Shown: positions 10,511-22,457 of the stretch, in pieces
Position numbering within the stretch: the first letter of the stretch is position 1
How the letters are laid out: every line of letters starts with the position of its first letter
From: Nitrosopumilus sp.
GTDB lineage: Archaea; Thermoproteota; Nitrososphaeria; Nitrososphaerales; Nitrosopumilaceae
Reading direction: 5' to 3'
DNA: 64,000 bases
Assembly: GCA_965204345.1 (NCBI GenBank)
Contig: OZ241981.1
Coordinates: 1,760,001-1,824,000 of the forward strand
Program-made: the position numbers and the translations under genes
The notes under the pieces: model-generated
The model's database searches: none
Told to the model about the DNA's origin: nothing
The model's input: the letters and a program-made list of their open reading frames with translations, nothing else

Positions 10511-13500
10511 TAACTGATGAGCTTGGAGGGGTTGTGTCTTGGATGGTTATCGTCTGTGTTGCAGTATCTGTGTTTCCTGCAGCATCAGTGGCAGTCCATG
10601 TAACTATTGTGCGGCCAAGTGGAAAATTATCTGGTGCGTCGTTAGTTATGGCAGGACTTGGATCTGCATTGTCTGTAGCCGTTGCCGTACCAATATTAAC
10701 AGGCGTCAGTATGCCGGTAGCCTCTACAGTGAGATCAGCAGGCGCAATAATTACAGGATTTGTGGTATCTGGAGGGCCAGTATTGTCGTCGTCACTAGTT
10801 ATAAAAACATGAAACGTCTGAGTAGCAGTGTGTATACCAGATCTTACAGTTACGGTAATAGGATAACTGCCAACGGCGAGGCTGGTCGGAGAGATGAAAA
10901 TGCTTCTCGTGCCATCACCATTAGGTACGTAGCCTGTGAAGAGATCGTGGGGATCAGGTGGGAAAGGAAATATAATTGGATCATCGTCGACATGCGTTGG
11001 AGACACGAGTACCTCACGGGTCTCTCCGTTACGCAAATAGACATCATCAATGGGTTCTAACGTGAGAGGATTTACGAATGGCTCGATGTTAAGATTATCA
11101 ATTCGTACGAATTCACCGGGTTCGTTTGATTGTGCCACAAATCGCAGTAGTGTATGTGATTGGGGTATGCTCAGTATCAGGGATTCAGATACCCACATGT
11201 CGTTAGCATCACGCATGCTGTCATCACGATCAAAAAAAGTTAATGCAGTATATTGTCTCAGTGTTACCCATCCAGAGTCTGTCAGGTACTGCACATACAG
11301 ACCTTCATTTCCGTCAAGTTGGCTATCAAGGTATCTGTCAAAGGACACTTCGAGTCGGCCTTCTGTGTCTAGTGGCAGGTTAAGTGTCATAATACACCAG
11401 ATATCACAGTTTTGAGACGATGCTAACATGTTGGAGGGATTGTCTTCGTCTGGAGCTATCTCCCAATCGTGGCCGGCAAGTAACCACACATTAAAAGATC
11501 TAAAAGAAGGGAACTCGGGATTGAAAGTTTCCAAGTAGGCACCAAGGAACCAAGTACCAAATGTGTCAAAACTGTCAGTCATTATGTTTGATGACGGGGT
11601 CGGAACGTTTGGGATTGCAAATTCCATGTGGTGCAGTCTCATAATGTCATATGAAGAATCATATCCTGCGCGTTCCCATGCCTTGTAGAAGTCTTCAAAA
11701 GTACCGATGGGATTATTCCTAATTACATCCATAATTTCATCATCTCCCAATTGCAGGTTATCTAAATTATTACCGTTCCTGCTGTATTCTAAATTGTCAT
11801 ATATTCTATCAACGTTATGATCTTTGATATCCCATAGCGCTGCGGCTACCCGTCCTTCAACTAATTGTCCATAAAGAGGACCATTAAGGGAACCAGCATG
11901 TGTGGGTTGAGCAAGAAAAAATCCTTCACTGTGCTGCTCCAAATTAGTATTAAAAACTGTATGTCGTCCAAGACTTGAATTGGTAACTAAATGAGGAACA
12001 AAATCAGCCCAACCTTCGCTCCATGCACATGCAGGGTTAGCTGTTGGGCGACTAAAATAATGAAATCGCTCACCGATATCATCAAAATCGCGATCACCGT
12101 TTATATCAGTGTAACATTCACTACGAGTAAGGCCTTCTATAGTACCTCCAATGGCTATATCGTCAATATGGTGGCCAAATTCATGTCATATTATGAGTAG
12201 ATCCAAATGATGATTGCTATGATCGTCAAGACGGATTCTGTTAGAGTGTAGATACATAGTGTCCTGTTGCCAACCAGGTTCCCAATGTACAGTAAGACGT
12301 GCATTAGGAATACCATGATGACTAAAAAAATCACGGCCATCAGAGATCGCATTGATTATACCGGCTGCTTCTGCATTATTGCCATTCAATTCAAAATCAT
12401 ACATTCTTGTATCCTGACTAAAGTTCAAAACTCCAGTAGATCGTATTTCATAAACATTTTCAGACATGTCTTGCAAAACTAAACCATTTGCGCCCCTAGA
12501 AATAATTTTGATAACTAGATCAACATTTGATGCATCAGAAGGATCATCGTTTTGGATAGAATCTATGTGATATTCTCCCATGTTGGATGTAAATGTGCAG
12601 GCCTCGTCACCCTCAGTTGTAAGCAATACAGCAGTCTCTGTACCGTCAGATTCAGAATAATCATAGGCACAGACTTCTATCCCGTTGACGGGTTGCGTGG
12701 TGCGGGAATGATAAAGTGGAGCAGATACGGTGCCTTCAATGGAAAAAGTGTTGGAAGAAGAGTCTTCTTCTGCTGCTGCTGCTGAACCATCAGACGTCTC
12801 CTGAGTTGCAGCTACGGGGAATGCTGGGGCAGCAGAGGCATCTGTGGGGGAGCCATATGCTGCTGTTGTTGTTGTTGCCGTTACTGCACCATCAGACATA
12901 TCCTGAGGGCCAGTATATTCTGTCTCGTATCTCTCCATTGCATCAGCTTTTTGCGCTTGCGTGAAATTAGAGTGACCCAAAATAATTTTTACATCATCCA
13001 ATGGAAGAGATTTATCAACAAGCCATCCAATTAAATCATCATTGACTTTGCCAATATCACTGAGAACTATCTCGCCCAAAAGTCGCAGATGGTTGGCATA
13101 TATTTGAGCTACTCTTTCCTCCGTCAAATCCTCATTAACTATCTCATCTTTGGGTCCTGGCTTATTGCCGAGTCTGCTATCTTTTTGAGGAGCAAAAGAT
13201 TCAGGACTAGATTCCCTAGCTAGAATGTCGTGATCCAAAAACGTGTGTTCCTCATCCATATACTTATTTTCTGGCATAGAATGTTCATTAGATATTGCAA
13301 GGTAGACACCGCCACTAGATTCTGAAGAATGAAAGCGCAGCGCATCAATTTCAATAAATCCTTCCTCTAGAATTTTTACAGTAACCATCACGGTATAAGC
13401 CCTACCCGGCACGGGATTATCTACTACATATCCAATATCATTATCAAATGAATCAAAGCTGGTTGGATCATCAGAGCCGGCATTTGTTGTGGCATTATAA

Positions 13501-14102
13501 AACTGAACTTTGTTATCGGGATTGGCAAATACTTTTAGTGTGAATGATTCCATGTATGGTTCAAAATTTGTATTGTCAGTGTAGATACCGGTAAAATTTA
13601 CCACAGCTGTCTGACCCATCTTGGGTGATTCTGACAGGTCTAAAGAATAACTGTGTATAAGAATTCCAGGTGATGATAACATTGAAGATTCTTTGTAATC
13701 GGCAATAATCTGCTTTTCTTTGTCAGTAAATACATGCGTGTCTGTCTGGCTTGTGATCTTTTCATTTAAAGGTTCATTGGCTTTTTGGGATGTTTCTGGT
13801 GTGTATATCGTGGCATAGCTGCTACTGCTGCCCCTGTCTGCTAATTTCATGGTAGAATCACCAGTTAGGCAAACGGGATTGCCTGCAAGGGTCACCATCA
13901 AAAGCTTGCCGCCATCACACTGAATTCCATCTATTGGTATGCCTGCATGATGCTGGTGCAGTGGAGAGTCCGGGGTTGCAGCATGTGTTGGTACTGCCAC
14001 TCCCATTATCATCATCACTGTGGCCAAAACCAAAAATCCTGACATTGCAATTCCGACCATGGATAGTGTGGATATGCCTTGTTATTAAGAATGATCAACA
14101 GG

Positions 14103-14258
14103 GGTTCTGGTAAATTTTGGTGGTCTGTCATAAATCACAAATGTAAGTCTTTGAATTGTATTTCTTTGGGATTTTTTGCTGACTAGATGACTAAGAAAAT
14201 CATCTCTTGCAGTTTGCCTTTAAATTCCAATAATTAGTTTATCAGAATTTACCAAACC
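14103..14258 (+). mobile_element. MITE-like repeat, copy 2, with imperfect terminal inverted repeats
   Basis: Starts GGTTCTGGTAAATTTTGG and ends ATCAGAATTTACCAAACC; internal similarity to 5801-5969 and 45542-45658. Confidence 0.65.
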
Positions 14259-14266
14259 TTAAGGGG

Positions 14267-14536
14267 TTATTTCATCTCCTGATCATTCACTATGTGTTTG
14301 ATCAGTTTGACAATATATGCAACTTGCATGGATTTTCCAATGCCTCCTTTTCTCTTGGGGTATGGTTCTAATCGTTTACTCTTATTTACAAATCGAGTTT
14401 CCTTTGAATAACGTTTTACGTTATCCCAGACACCATTAAATTCATAATGTGATATTCCTCGAATTTTTCCATTATCTGTCATTATTCTCAACAATAATTT
14501 TCCCTTTTTATTAGGTTCAAAATACAGTTTTATCAA
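14267..14536 (-). CDS. Small basic hypothetical protein
   Basis: 89-aa ORF overlapping the upstream stop by 4 nt, suggesting translational coupling; AT-rich. Confidence 0.5.
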   Translation of the reverse strand: MIKLYFEPNKKGKLLLRIMTDNGKIRGISHYEFNGVWDNVKRYSKETRFVNKSKRLEPYPKRKGGIGKSMQVAYIVKLIKHIVNDQEMK

Positions 14537-15489
14537 AAAGATATGGACTTTGTGGATTTTTTGATTTCCTTAATAATACCTTTCAATATTCTACCAAATT
14601 GTTTTAAATCAATTTTAAGAGTTCCAGATATGGCAAGATCATGTTTTTCAATTCTACCCTCCAAAGTAATGTTCATACTTCCAGGTAAAACAATAGGATG
14701 TCCAGCTCCTGCAATTTCACAAGATTGCATAGCAGGATCAACATGAGTAATTTTAAAATTTTGTTCGGGGATCACGGAAATAGTCTTAGCCATATCGTCG
14801 ATTTTGTTTTGATTTTGAAATGACATAAATTTATCTTGAGATATCTTAATGAATTGCAACGCATTTTGATTTCCTTTTTGGGCCATTTTGGCAGCATTGA
14901 TAAATTTTTTAGAAAAATCTGAAGGAATAAATTCTTCTATGTTTTCCAAAACAATACCCAGGTTGAAAGTAAATTCAATTTCTCTAATGGTAAATTGATC
15001 AAAGTGTTTGAACCATAGATCACTATAATCCAGAGCAATTTCTAAATTTGTTTCAGTAGATTCACGTCCAGTCTGTTTAGAAGTTTTTACAATATGTGGA
15101 TCAACTATTTTTTCTCTAAGAGTTTCAGGGAAAGATTTTCTAATGCCTATAGTAACCAATTCTGATTTAACCGTCTTGAACATCTCAGCAAAATTTATGA
15201 TTGGATTTTGTTCTTGGATAGTAATTATTCCAAGTTTTTTTAAATCTTCGTTATGAGGCAACCCGAATCCGTAGATTTCAATTATGTCTTCAAATTTGAC
15301 GGGTTGGGTCAAATATTGCTTTAATTTTTTTCCTATTCCGTCTATTCTAGAGTGTGAATTTCCAATAGAAATTTGATATTTGTATTCAATTTCTGAGTAT
15401 TTATGATATAGTGTAGCTCCTCTATGCACTATGTCGCCGGATCCTAATAATTTCTGAAGAATAGGTAAAAATGATGAAACCCAATCCAC
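14533..15489 (-). CDS. Hypothetical protein (AT-rich island)
   Basis: 318-aa ORF with no recognised motif. Confidence 0.8.
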   Translation of the reverse strand: MDWVSSFLPILQKLLGSGDIVHRGATLYHKYSEIEYKYQISIGNSHSRIDGIGKKLKQYLTQPVKFEDIIEIYGFGLPHNEDLKKLGIITIQEQNPIINFAEMFKTVKSELVTIGIRKSFPETLREKIVDPHIVKTSKQTGRESTETNLEIALDYSDLWFKHFDQFTIREIEFTFNLGIVLENIEEFIPSDFSKKFINAAKMAQKGNQNALQFIKISQDKFMSFQNQNKIDDMAKTISVIPEQNFKITHVDPAMQSCEIAGAGHPIVLPGSMNITLEGRIEKHDLAISGTLKIDLKQFGRILKGIIKEIKKSTKSISF

Positions 15490-15515
15490 TTGTTATTGAA
15501 TCTACAGACAAAATT

Positions 15516-16337
15516 TTAGACTAATTTTGGTTCTAAAAGAAGTGTCTGTTTATTAGATATCGTAGAAGATACCGGAATCTCCAAATTTTCTTTTTGTGGA
15601 ATGTGCATTGGCACATTTACAAGTTCAGTTTCATATATGTTATCCATTTGGTCATAATACTGAAAACCTATACCAATCATACCCATTCCCGAACCATGCA
15701 GAATAATTTTTGGGATGTATGTGGTGGTAGTATTTACAAAAAGATGTTCTTCACTGAAATTTTTTTCTTTTGTATGTTTGACCTCTATCTTCATATCCTT
15801 AGTATTCCAACTCCTTACATCAAGAATGGGCTTCAATTTTTGTACTTCACAGTGTCCCATGTTTTTTAATGTGAATGACAATGAAGGTAAAATTGGAACT
15901 AAATCATCTACTACGATTCCTTCTGAAGGAGCACTAGTCATGATCAGTTTTGGTCTAACTAATGTGGTTGATAATTCAATAGAGTTAATGACTTTATCAT
16001 TTGAAATAAACTCAATTAGAAATGGTAATTTCTTCTCGTCTTCAGGTTTTAATTTATAGATGGCCCGAAATCCTACAAATCCCGGAACTTGAATTATATC
16101 TTTTTTAATTACTACAGTTTCATTTTCAAATTGGGCATCAAAACCTTCAGATTTAGTTCCATCAAAGACAGATTGATCAACATTTAAAATTCTTTGAAAG
16201 TAAATATCCGGATCACATTTAATCAGGATTTTATCGTATGAAATATCAGAATCCCACTTAATCCATGCAAGGATTTGTTCATTAGGTAAGGCTCTAGGAG
16301 ATATATAATCTTCAAATATCCAATTTGAATCAGTCAA
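15516..16337 (-). CDS. Hypothetical beta-rich protein (AT-rich island)
   Basis: 273-aa ORF, co-oriented with the 318-aa ORF. Confidence 0.8.
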   Translation of the reverse strand: MTDSNWIFEDYISPRALPNEQILAWIKWDSDISYDKILIKCDPDIYFQRILNVDQSVFDGTKSEGFDAQFENETVVIKKDIIQVPGFVGFRAIYKLKPEDEKKLPFLIEFISNDKVINSIELSTTLVRPKLIMTSAPSEGIVVDDLVPILPSLSFTLKNMGHCEVQKLKPILDVRSWNTKDMKIEVKHTKEKNFSEEHLFVNTTTTYIPKIILHGSGMGMIGIGFQYYDQMDNIYETELVNVPMHIPQKENLEIPVSSTISNKQTLLLEPKLV

Positions 16338-16563
16338 TTCTATACAATACTAAAAATCTCTCATTATAATCTGATTTGTTAGTTTTTATAAAAATACTGT
16401 AAAAAATAGGCACAAGTATTCGTTATTGAGAAACTAATAAAATGTACGACAGAACTTGATCACATAGATTATTTGTTATTCAAGATTTGTTGAAAATGTC
16501 TTATCTTCATTCCCAAATAAAAAAACAGAATCTCTTTTTAGATTTATATTAATTGAAAATTCT

Positions 16564-17091
16564 TTGTTGTATTTATATAAAGTTTGTAGAAAAAGCACTT
16601 CAGATAAAGCATCAACAACATTACAAAAATATGGTTGTTTGGACCTAGTAATTTTCAGAGAAGAATATGATAGTTTTTTATCACATCTAAATACTGAAGA
16701 AAAAAATTCTGTATTGTGTATGAAAACATTGCTTAGTGAACTTTTTGAGAATTTCACCTTAATTAAGGATATGAGAAATGATTGGATTGCTCATATTAAA
16801 AATTCTAAAAATTTTTATGATGAAATAACAAAACCTCTTAAATATTTAGAACCAGAAGATTTCGCAATAATTATGAACGGTATTATCTGTTTTATCAGAG
16901 GATTAAAAGGGATTTTCTTCGTAGAACATGAATTCATTTCAAGCAATTATACTAAAAAAATAGATGAAGTACAAAAAAAATTTATTCTTTCAGAAGATAA
17001 GATAAAAATCATATTGAATGGGAAAATTCAAACTGCAAATGCACTTTTCTGCCAAAATGGAGAATTTTTTCGATTCCCTTCTTTCAAATAG
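16564..17091 (+). CDS. Putative HEPN-domain protein, possibly 5'-disrupted
   Basis: Helical protein with RNDWIAH (Rx5H). The frame stays open upstream to a TAG at 16465-16467, so the true start is uncertain. Confidence 0.55.
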   Translation: MLYLYKVCRKSTSDKASTTLQKYGCLDLVIFREEYDSFLSHLNTEEKNSVLCMKTLLSELFENFTLIKDMRNDWIAHIKNSKNFYDEITKPLKYLEPEDFAIIMNGIICFIRGLKGIFFVEHEFISSNYTKKIDEVQKKFILSEDKIKIILNGKIQTANALFCQNGEFFRFPSFK

Positions 17092-17556
17092 GCAGATTGA
17101 TTTCATTAATTCAGTAGTTTTAGAAGAATTAGCAGTGTTTGTTCAATAATAACACTTTAAAATTTTTAATGATGGATGATTTTTTTAGCAGTGTTTGCTC
17201 TAGTTGGATATTCTATATTGGAATCTGACCAACCATGTTTCTAAAGTTTATGAACTACATGAATTTGTAAAAATGTTCCTCCTTGATTTAATGATTGAGT
17301 AATTGTCTCTGATTTGGTTTGTTTTTGTGGCTTTACTTTGGTTTTTGCCATTGCTTTAATTTTTTCTTGTATCTATTCAATATTTTTTCTAAAGCATCAT
17401 CAAGAGTTGGAATTTTTCTTGTTCTATCTTATTTGCCCCATGGTCTTGGAGTTTCCTTGTTGAGTATTTTTGGTAATTTGGCAGCTGTAATGTTTTTTAT
17501 GCATATCTGCTATATTTTTGAGAATGACTAGTCTACAATCACCTTGCTACCCTGAT

Positions 17557-17584
17557 TTAGCTGTAGCTATTTAGCTATGCCTAT
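17557..17584. promoter_or_regulatory. Tandem TTAG-N6-CTAW boxes upstream of sufB (DtxR-like)
   Basis: TTAGCTGTAGCTAT followed by TTAGCTATGCCTAT, just upstream of a TTTATA TATA box. Confidence 0.5.
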
Positions 17585-17616
17585 TTTTCCTCATGTATTT
17601 ATAATATAACGGAGTT

Positions 17617-19026
17617 ATGACGTACATGACTGCTGAAAATCTGGATATGGATTATTCAAAATATGATTTTAAGGATTCTACAGAGATGTATGTCCACCTT
17701 AGCAAGAAAGGCCTGTCTAAGGAAACTGTAATTAGCATTAGTAAAATGAAAAACGAGCCTGACTGGATGCTTGATTTCCGATTGCGTTCATTTGAAATTT
17801 TTATGAAAAAACCAATGCCAACTTGGGGCGGAGACCTCAGCGTAATTGATTTCCAAAATATTTACTATTATGCAAAGGCATCTGACAAGGTAGAAAAGAA
17901 TTGGGACGATGTTCCAGAGAATGTCAAAAACACATTTGACAAACTAGGAATTCCAGAGGCTGAAAAGAAATTCTTGGCAGGTGTGGGTGCACAGTACGAG
18001 TCTGAGGTTGTTTATCACAGCCTTAGAGAAGACCTGGCAAAACAGGGCGTTTTATTTTTAGATACTGATGCGGCACTACATGAACATCCAGAGTTGTTCA
18101 AAAAATACTTTGGTAAAATCATTCCCCCAGAGGACAACAAGTTTGCAGCGTTAAACAGTGCAGTATGGAGTGGCGGTTCGTTCATCTATGTCCCACCTGG
18201 TGTCAAAGTTGACATGCCTCTGCAAGCATACTTTAGAATTAACGCAGAAAACATAGGTCAATTCGAAAGAACACTGATCATTGTAGATGAGGGTGCAGAA
18301 GTACACTACATTGAGGGATGTACTGCCCCTGTTTATTCCTCAGAATCGCTGCACTCTGCAGTTGTAGAACTGGTTGCACACAAAGATGCAAAACTACGAT
18401 ACACTACAATCCAAAATTGGAGTGCTGATGTTTACAATCTTGTAACCAAGCGTGCTTATGCATATGAAGGTGCTACAGTTGAATGGATTGATGGAAACAT
18501 TGGCAGCAAGCTCACAATGAAGTATCCTGGGGTATATCTTATGGGCCAGAGGGCATATGGCGAAACATTGTCCATTGCCTTTGCAGGCAAGGGACAGCAT
18601 CAGGATACGGGAGCAAAAATGGTTCATCTTGCACCAAACACGACCTCCAAGGTCACATCAAAGTCCGTAAGCAGGCTAGACGGCCGTTCAACCTACAGGG
18701 GAATGCTAAACGTAGCAAAAGGTGCCACTGGTGTAAAATCAACTGTAAGGTGTGATGCACTACTCTTAGATGATACGTCAAAAACCGATACATATCCCTA
18801 CATGGAAATTAATCAGGAAGATGCAACAATCACCCACGAGGCAACTGTTGGAAAAATTGGCGATGAACAAATCTTCTATCTTATGAGCAGAGGATTCAAT
18901 GAAGAGGAGGCACTATCCTTGATTGTAAATGGCTTTATGGAGCCATTCACAAAAGAGTTGCCAATGGAATATGCTGTTGAATTAAACAGGCTCATCAAAC
19001 TAGAGATGGATGATTCGGTGGGATAA
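17617..19026 (+). CDS. sufB: Fe-S cluster assembly protein SufB
   Basis: [40 protein letters not shown] motifs. Confidence 0.97.
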   Translation: MTYMTAENLDMDYSKYDFKDSTEMYVHLSKKGLSKETVISISKMKNEPDWMLDFRLRSFEIFMKKPMPTWGGDLSVIDFQNIYYYAKASDKVEKNWDDVPENVKNTFDKLGIPEAEKKFLAGVGAQYESEVVYHSLREDLAKQGVLFLDTDAALHEHPELFKKYFGKIIPPEDNKFAALNSAVWSGGSFIYVPPGVKVDMPLQAYFRINAENIGQFERTLIIVDEGAEVHYIEGCTAPVYSSESLHSAVVELVAHKDAKLRYTTIQNWSADVYNLVTKRAYAYEGATVEWIDGNIGSKLTMKYPGVYLMGQRAYGETLSIAFAGKGQHQDTGAKMVHLAPNTTSKVTSKSVSRLDGRSTYRGMLNVAKGATGVKSTVRCDALLLDDTSKTDTYPYMEINQEDATITHEATVGKIGDEQIFYLMSRGFNEEEALSLIVNGFMEPFTKELPMEYAVELNRLIKLEMDDSVG

Positions 19027-19054
19027 TATCCCATACTTAATTTTGGTAAAAATC

Positions 19055-20455
19055 ATGTCTCAAGAAATTCTCTCAAAACTCAATACAAGTATTATCGATG
19101 AGATCTCCTCCTCACGAAATGAACCTGATTGGCTAAAGGACTACAGAAAGAATTCGCTATCTGTCTATGACCGCCTGCCAATTGAGCTATCTCCACTATA
19201 CAACAAATACACTGATGCAAAAAAGATGGATCCAGAAAAAGTGTCCCTCTCCACGTCTACTGCCCAAACCATTCCTAGCTTCTTAACAAAAAGATTGGGC
19301 GAGCTAGAAAACCAAGTCTGTGTTATCCAAATTGGAACCAATATTGTCAAAATCAACCTTCCTGATGATCTAAAGTCAAAGGGACTGGTGATTTCTTCAA
19401 TTTCTGATGCAATAGAAAATAATACAGAATTGGTAAAAAAGGCATTAGAGGCATCAAAATCCGATGAAGATAAATTTACTGCGCTAAACAACGCTGCCTT
19501 TAACTCAGGAATATTCATACACATCCCGCGTAACTTGATTGTAGATAAGCCGATTCACATGTTTACCTGCCTGTCTGAGGATGGCCATTCAACCATTTCT
19601 AGAAATGTAATATTTGCAGATGAAGGTAGCAAGGCCAGCATTGTGCAGGAATTGTACTCTCCTAGCATTCAGACTCAGCAGGCATATCTGGAGTTGATGA
19701 ATACTTCTCTTGGGGCAAATGCGCAATTAGATGTTACCGCTCTGCAGATGATTGATCAGCATGCAGTGGCATTCTCAACTAGAAGAACTGACTTGGCCCA
19801 GGATTCTAAAGTAAACTGGTATTCTGGACTGTTTGGCTCTATGCTGTCCAGATACAAAATTGAGTACTTTTTAAATGGCACTGGCGCATCATCCAACGAT
19901 TCTGAAGTAATCTTTGGAAATAACGAGCAGTCATTTGATATCCAGACTAATGTTAATCATGAAAGTCCGGCAACTGAAGGAAGGGTCGTTGAAAAATCTA
20001 TTCTAAGGGACAAATCAAAATCCCTCTTCAAAGGAATGATTAGAATCAAGGAAAATGCCGCAAAGTCAAACTCCTTTCTGTCTGGCCGTTCAATTCTATT
20101 GGACAAGGATGCAAAATCTGACGCAATTCCGGGATTGGAGATTTTTACTAATGATGTAAAGGCTACCCACTCTGCATCTGTTGCACAAATTGATGAGGAA
20201 CAAATATTCTATTTGAAGACCCGATGTCTGAGTCACCAGGAAGCTGAAAGAACGATAGTTGAGGGTTTCTTGGAACCCCTCTCAAGAAAGATGTCTTTTC
20301 AGGTTCGAGCATGGATTGCATATCTGATTGAGTCAAAATGGGACAACAAGGAACTTACAATTAGCACTGATGAGGAACTAACAAAGTTTGTTGAAATTGA
20401 GGAAACCCGATACAACGAAGACTCTGAAATCCAACAGCATTACAAGTATAGGTGA
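19055..20455 (+). CDS. sufD: Fe-S cluster assembly protein SufD
   Basis: SufBD fold motifs (IPGLEI..NDVKATHSA); start placed at MSQE. Confidence 0.92.
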   Translation: MSQEILSKLNTSIIDEISSSRNEPDWLKDYRKNSLSVYDRLPIELSPLYNKYTDAKKMDPEKVSLSTSTAQTIPSFLTKRLGELENQVCVIQIGTNIVKINLPDDLKSKGLVISSISDAIENNTELVKKALEASKSDEDKFTALNNAAFNSGIFIHIPRNLIVDKPIHMFTCLSEDGHSTISRNVIFADEGSKASIVQELYSPSIQTQQAYLELMNTSLGANAQLDVTALQMIDQHAVAFSTRRTDLAQDSKVNWYSGLFGSMLSRYKIEYFLNGTGASSNDSEVIFGNNEQSFDIQTNVNHESPATEGRVVEKSILRDKSKSLFKGMIRIKENAAKSNSFLSGRSILLDKDAKSDAIPGLEIFTNDVKATHSASVAQIDEEQIFYLKTRCLSHQEAERTIVEGFLEPLSRKMSFQVRAWIAYLIESKWDNKELTISTDEELTKFVEIEETRYNEDSEIQQHYKYR

Positions 20456-20459
20456 TGTT

Positions 20460-20768
20460 TTGTCTGAATGGATTAAAGCTTGTAGTACAGAGCAAGTAAA
20501 AGAAGGCCAGCTTTTCGGATTTGTCCACGAAGATAAGAAGCTCCTCATAGCTAATCTGGGGGGGAAAATCCATGCAACTGACTTGATTTGTACCCATGCT
20601 GATGCTGATCTTTCCACCGGTTTTCTAAGCGATGATGGCATTAGATGCCCGTTACACCTTTCTGTTTTTAATCTGGCAAGTGGAGAGCCCCAAAATCTCC
20701 CTGCTGAAAAACCCCTCAAGACATACAATGTTAAAGTAGATGCTGATGCAATTTACGTGGAGCTTTAA
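20460..20768 (+). CDS. Rieske-type [2Fe-2S] ferredoxin
   Basis: CTH...CPLH motif; TTG start at 20460. Confidence 0.92.
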   Translation: MSEWIKACSTEQVKEGQLFGFVHEDKKLLIANLGGKIHATDLICTHADADLSTGFLSDDGIRCPLHLSVFNLASGEPQNLPAEKPLKTYNVKVDADAIYVEL

Positions 20769-20771
20769 GAA

Positions 20772-22016
20772 ATGCAAAGTACGGAATCTATTTTTGAAAA
20801 TCTAAGAAGTGATTTCCCAATTCTTAAGAGAACTGTTAGGGACAACAAGCCCCTTGTATACCTTGACAATGCATCTACAACACAAAAGCCAAATCAGGTA
20901 ATTGATTCAATCACTGATTATTATAAAAACCATAATGCAAATATTCACAGGGCTGTTTATGCGCTGGCTGAAGAAGCTACTGAGGCATATGAGGCAACCC
21001 GAGACAAGATTGCAAGTTTTGTAAATATAAAAAACCGCCAGGAAATTATCTTTGTTCGGGGTACCACTGAGGCAATCAACCTGGTTGCATACGCATGGGG
21101 CAGGCCTCATATCAACAAAGGAGATACTGTGGTTACTACTGAATACGAACACCACAGCAACATCGTTCCATGGCAGCTTCTAACTCAGGAAAAACATGCC
21201 AAATTAGAATACATTGGAATGGATGATAATGGCGAGTTGATTTTAGATGATCTTGACAAATATCTTGCAACAGGCAAAGTCAAGCTAGTAACTTTTAGCC
21301 TGATGTCTAATGTCCTTGGAACCATTACCAATGCTGAAAAAATCATCAAGAGATGCAGGGATGCAGGCGTTCTCACGCTGATTGATGGAGCCCAGGCAGT
21401 TCCTCACATGAAAGTTGATCTTGAAGAACTGGACTGTGACTTTTTTGCCTTTTCTGGACATAAAATGCTGGGACCTACCGGAATTGGCGTCTTGTGGGTA
21501 AAAAAATCCATACTAGAAACCATGAGCCCATTTCACGGTGGCGGTGACATGATTAGGGAAGTCCACAAGTATGAGACCACTTGGAATGACTTGCCATACA
21601 AATTTGAGGCAGGCACTCCCAACATTGCAGATGTAGTAGGCTTGGGCTCTGCAATAGACTATCTTACAAAAATTGGAATGGATAACATAAGGGAACACGA
21701 GGTTGAACTAACAAAATATGCCCTAGAAAAGCTGTCTGCAGTCAAAGGACTTCACATCTATGGCACAAAGGATATCTCAAAACGCGGCGGTGTCATCTCA
21801 TTTAATTTTGCAGATGTCCATCCCCATGATGTTGCTCAAATTATCGATGCAGAAGGCATTGCGTTAAGATCCGGCCATCACTGCGCACAAGTTCTGATGG
21901 AGAGGCTAAATGTTGCTGCAACATCCCGGGCCAGCTTTTACATTTACAATACAAAACAAGACATTGATATTCTGGTAGATTCATTAAATATTGTGGCAAA
22001 GGTGTTCAAACTATGA
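20772..22016 (+). CDS. sufS: Cysteine desulfurase SufS
   Basis: YLDNAST, FSGHKMLGPTG and RSGHHCA motifs. Confidence 0.96.
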   Translation: MQSTESIFENLRSDFPILKRTVRDNKPLVYLDNASTTQKPNQVIDSITDYYKNHNANIHRAVYALAEEATEAYEATRDKIASFVNIKNRQEIIFVRGTTEAINLVAYAWGRPHINKGDTVVTTEYEHHSNIVPWQLLTQEKHAKLEYIGMDDNGELILDDLDKYLATGKVKLVTFSLMSNVLGTITNAEKIIKRCRDAGVLTLIDGAQAVPHMKVDLEELDCDFFAFSGHKMLGPTGIGVLWVKKSILETMSPFHGGGDMIREVHKYETTWNDLPYKFEAGTPNIADVVGLGSAIDYLTKIGMDNIREHEVELTKYALEKLSAVKGLHIYGTKDISKRGGVISFNFADVHPHDVAQIIDAEGIALRSGHHCAQVLMERLNVAATSRASFYIYNTKQDIDILVDSLNIVAKVFKL

Positions 22017-22456
22017 GTAGCAATGCAGACATTTATCACGAGATGATCGTTGATTACTCAAGAAACCCGGTTAACTATGGCCAAATTGAAAATCATGACG
22101 TAACATTTCATGACTCTAATCCGCTATGTGGCGATAGCATTGACATTGATATGAAAATTGACGAAAACAAGGTTACTGATATAAAGTTTCATGGCAAGGG
22201 CTGTGCAATCTGCATGGCCTGCTCTTCGGTTTTGACTGAAATTACAAAGGGTAAGAGTCTGGATGAGGCAAGGGCAATTGAAAAAAATGATGTCCTAAGT
22301 GAGTTGGGCCTTGAACATCTACAGGCAGTACGAATCAAGTGTGCACTACTGTCTCTTAAGGTGCTCAAATCTGCACTTTATACGTACATCGGGGATAATC
22401 TAAAGGATGCTCAGGATGTGGATAAATTAAAAGAAGAGGCAGCAAACCTGTACTAG
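22013..22456 (+). CDS. sufU: SufU/IscU-type scaffold
   Basis: NPLCGD, GCAIC and RIKCA motifs. Confidence 0.9.
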   Translation: MSSNADIYHEMIVDYSRNPVNYGQIENHDVTFHDSNPLCGDSIDIDMKIDENKVTDIKFHGKGCAICMACSSVLTEITKGKSLDEARAIEKNDVLSELGLEHLQAVRIKCALLSLKVLKSALYTYIGDNLKDAQDVDKLKEEAANLY

Positions 22457-22457
22457 T

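Noticed and set aside
17100-17530. ORF 17319..17531, and the similar AT-rich intergenic stretch at 46380-46600
   Set aside because: Low-complexity sequence with no coherent protein signal; possibly old remnants, but unsupported.
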